From Hypanus sabinus (taxonomy: Eukaryota): a stretch of DNA of 64,000 nt. The translations under genes and the position numbers were made by a program. The stretch lies in the NCBI RefSeq assembly GCF_030144855.1, contig NC_082739.1, positions 7,254,001 to 7,318,000 of the forward strand, read 5' to 3'. The notes below the pieces were generated by a model, which saw nothing but the letters and a program-made list of their open reading frames with translations, had not been told where the DNA came from and did no database searches. Below are positions 63,627 to 64,000 of this stretch, one piece after another (the stretch's first letter is position 1; each line of letters starts with the position of its first letter).

Positions 63627-64000
63627 GCCTAACTTTTCTCTTCTACATAACCCTCCACTTTTCTGAGTATTTGTATTCAATCCAATCCCATTTATCTGAA
63701 ATCCTCACCACTCTCCCTAGTTGTCATTATCTTTCAAACCAGAAATACATTTTCTGAGACTTAGAGTTTTGAAAGCTTGAAATATTTTTGAGGTTCAATC
63801 ATCTTCAAGGTCAGCATATATGTTGGAGTGACCATCAGAGAGCACCATAAGAAAGCAAGAAGTGTTCAGCAAAAGAAAGTGATATAAATTAAGCCCCAAA
63901 ACAAATGAAGGCATCAAAATTCCTTTATTCATGTAATACTGTAAGTCATACTTTTATTTACAAGGCACATTAATAACCTGCATGACTGTTCATTGATTCT

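Noticed and set aside
56000-64000. SCN4B, expected downstream by synteny
   Set aside because: No signal-peptide exon or NGT..LPCTF-type Ig exon found; it probably lies beyond the window.

Overview
Repeat-rich vertebrate genomic DNA. The repeat set (CR1, Penelope-like, HE1/V-SINE-like, Deu-SINE-like) suggests a cartilaginous fish, probably a ray; this is inference from pattern recognition, not a database search. Host genes, both on the + strand: (1) the last two coding exons of a JAML-like gene ending ...ETYVTM|HAFSGTRKTSD*; (2) a complete SCN2B (Nav beta-2) gene with 4 coding exons (16296-16374, 41263-41429, 49001-49211, 50656-50855; 218 aa), all splice phases compatible, a ~24.9 kb first intron, and a candidate fifth exon at 54723. 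Most of the rest is transposon debris: CR1, RTE, Rex/Babar-type and R4/Dong LINE fragments, a truncated Ty3/Gypsy element with a PNMA-type gag, solo LTRs, hAT and Tc1 remnants, and SINEs. The most notable non-coding signal is a family of more than a dozen Penelope-derived ends whose consensus folds as a minimal type I hammerhead ribozyme (CAGUC-CUGAUGA-A-GGGUCUCGGCCC-GAAA-CGUC-GACUG). A few copies keep the whole catalytic core, but none matches the consensus fully. Other highlights are a 70-bp minisatellite with a strict 140-bp A/B higher-order structure built from a LINE end, and a LINE tail that appears to supply the branch point of SCN2B exon 3. Repeat boundaries without TSD/TIR support are approximate. 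No CRISPR, rRNA or bona fide tRNA gene was seen.
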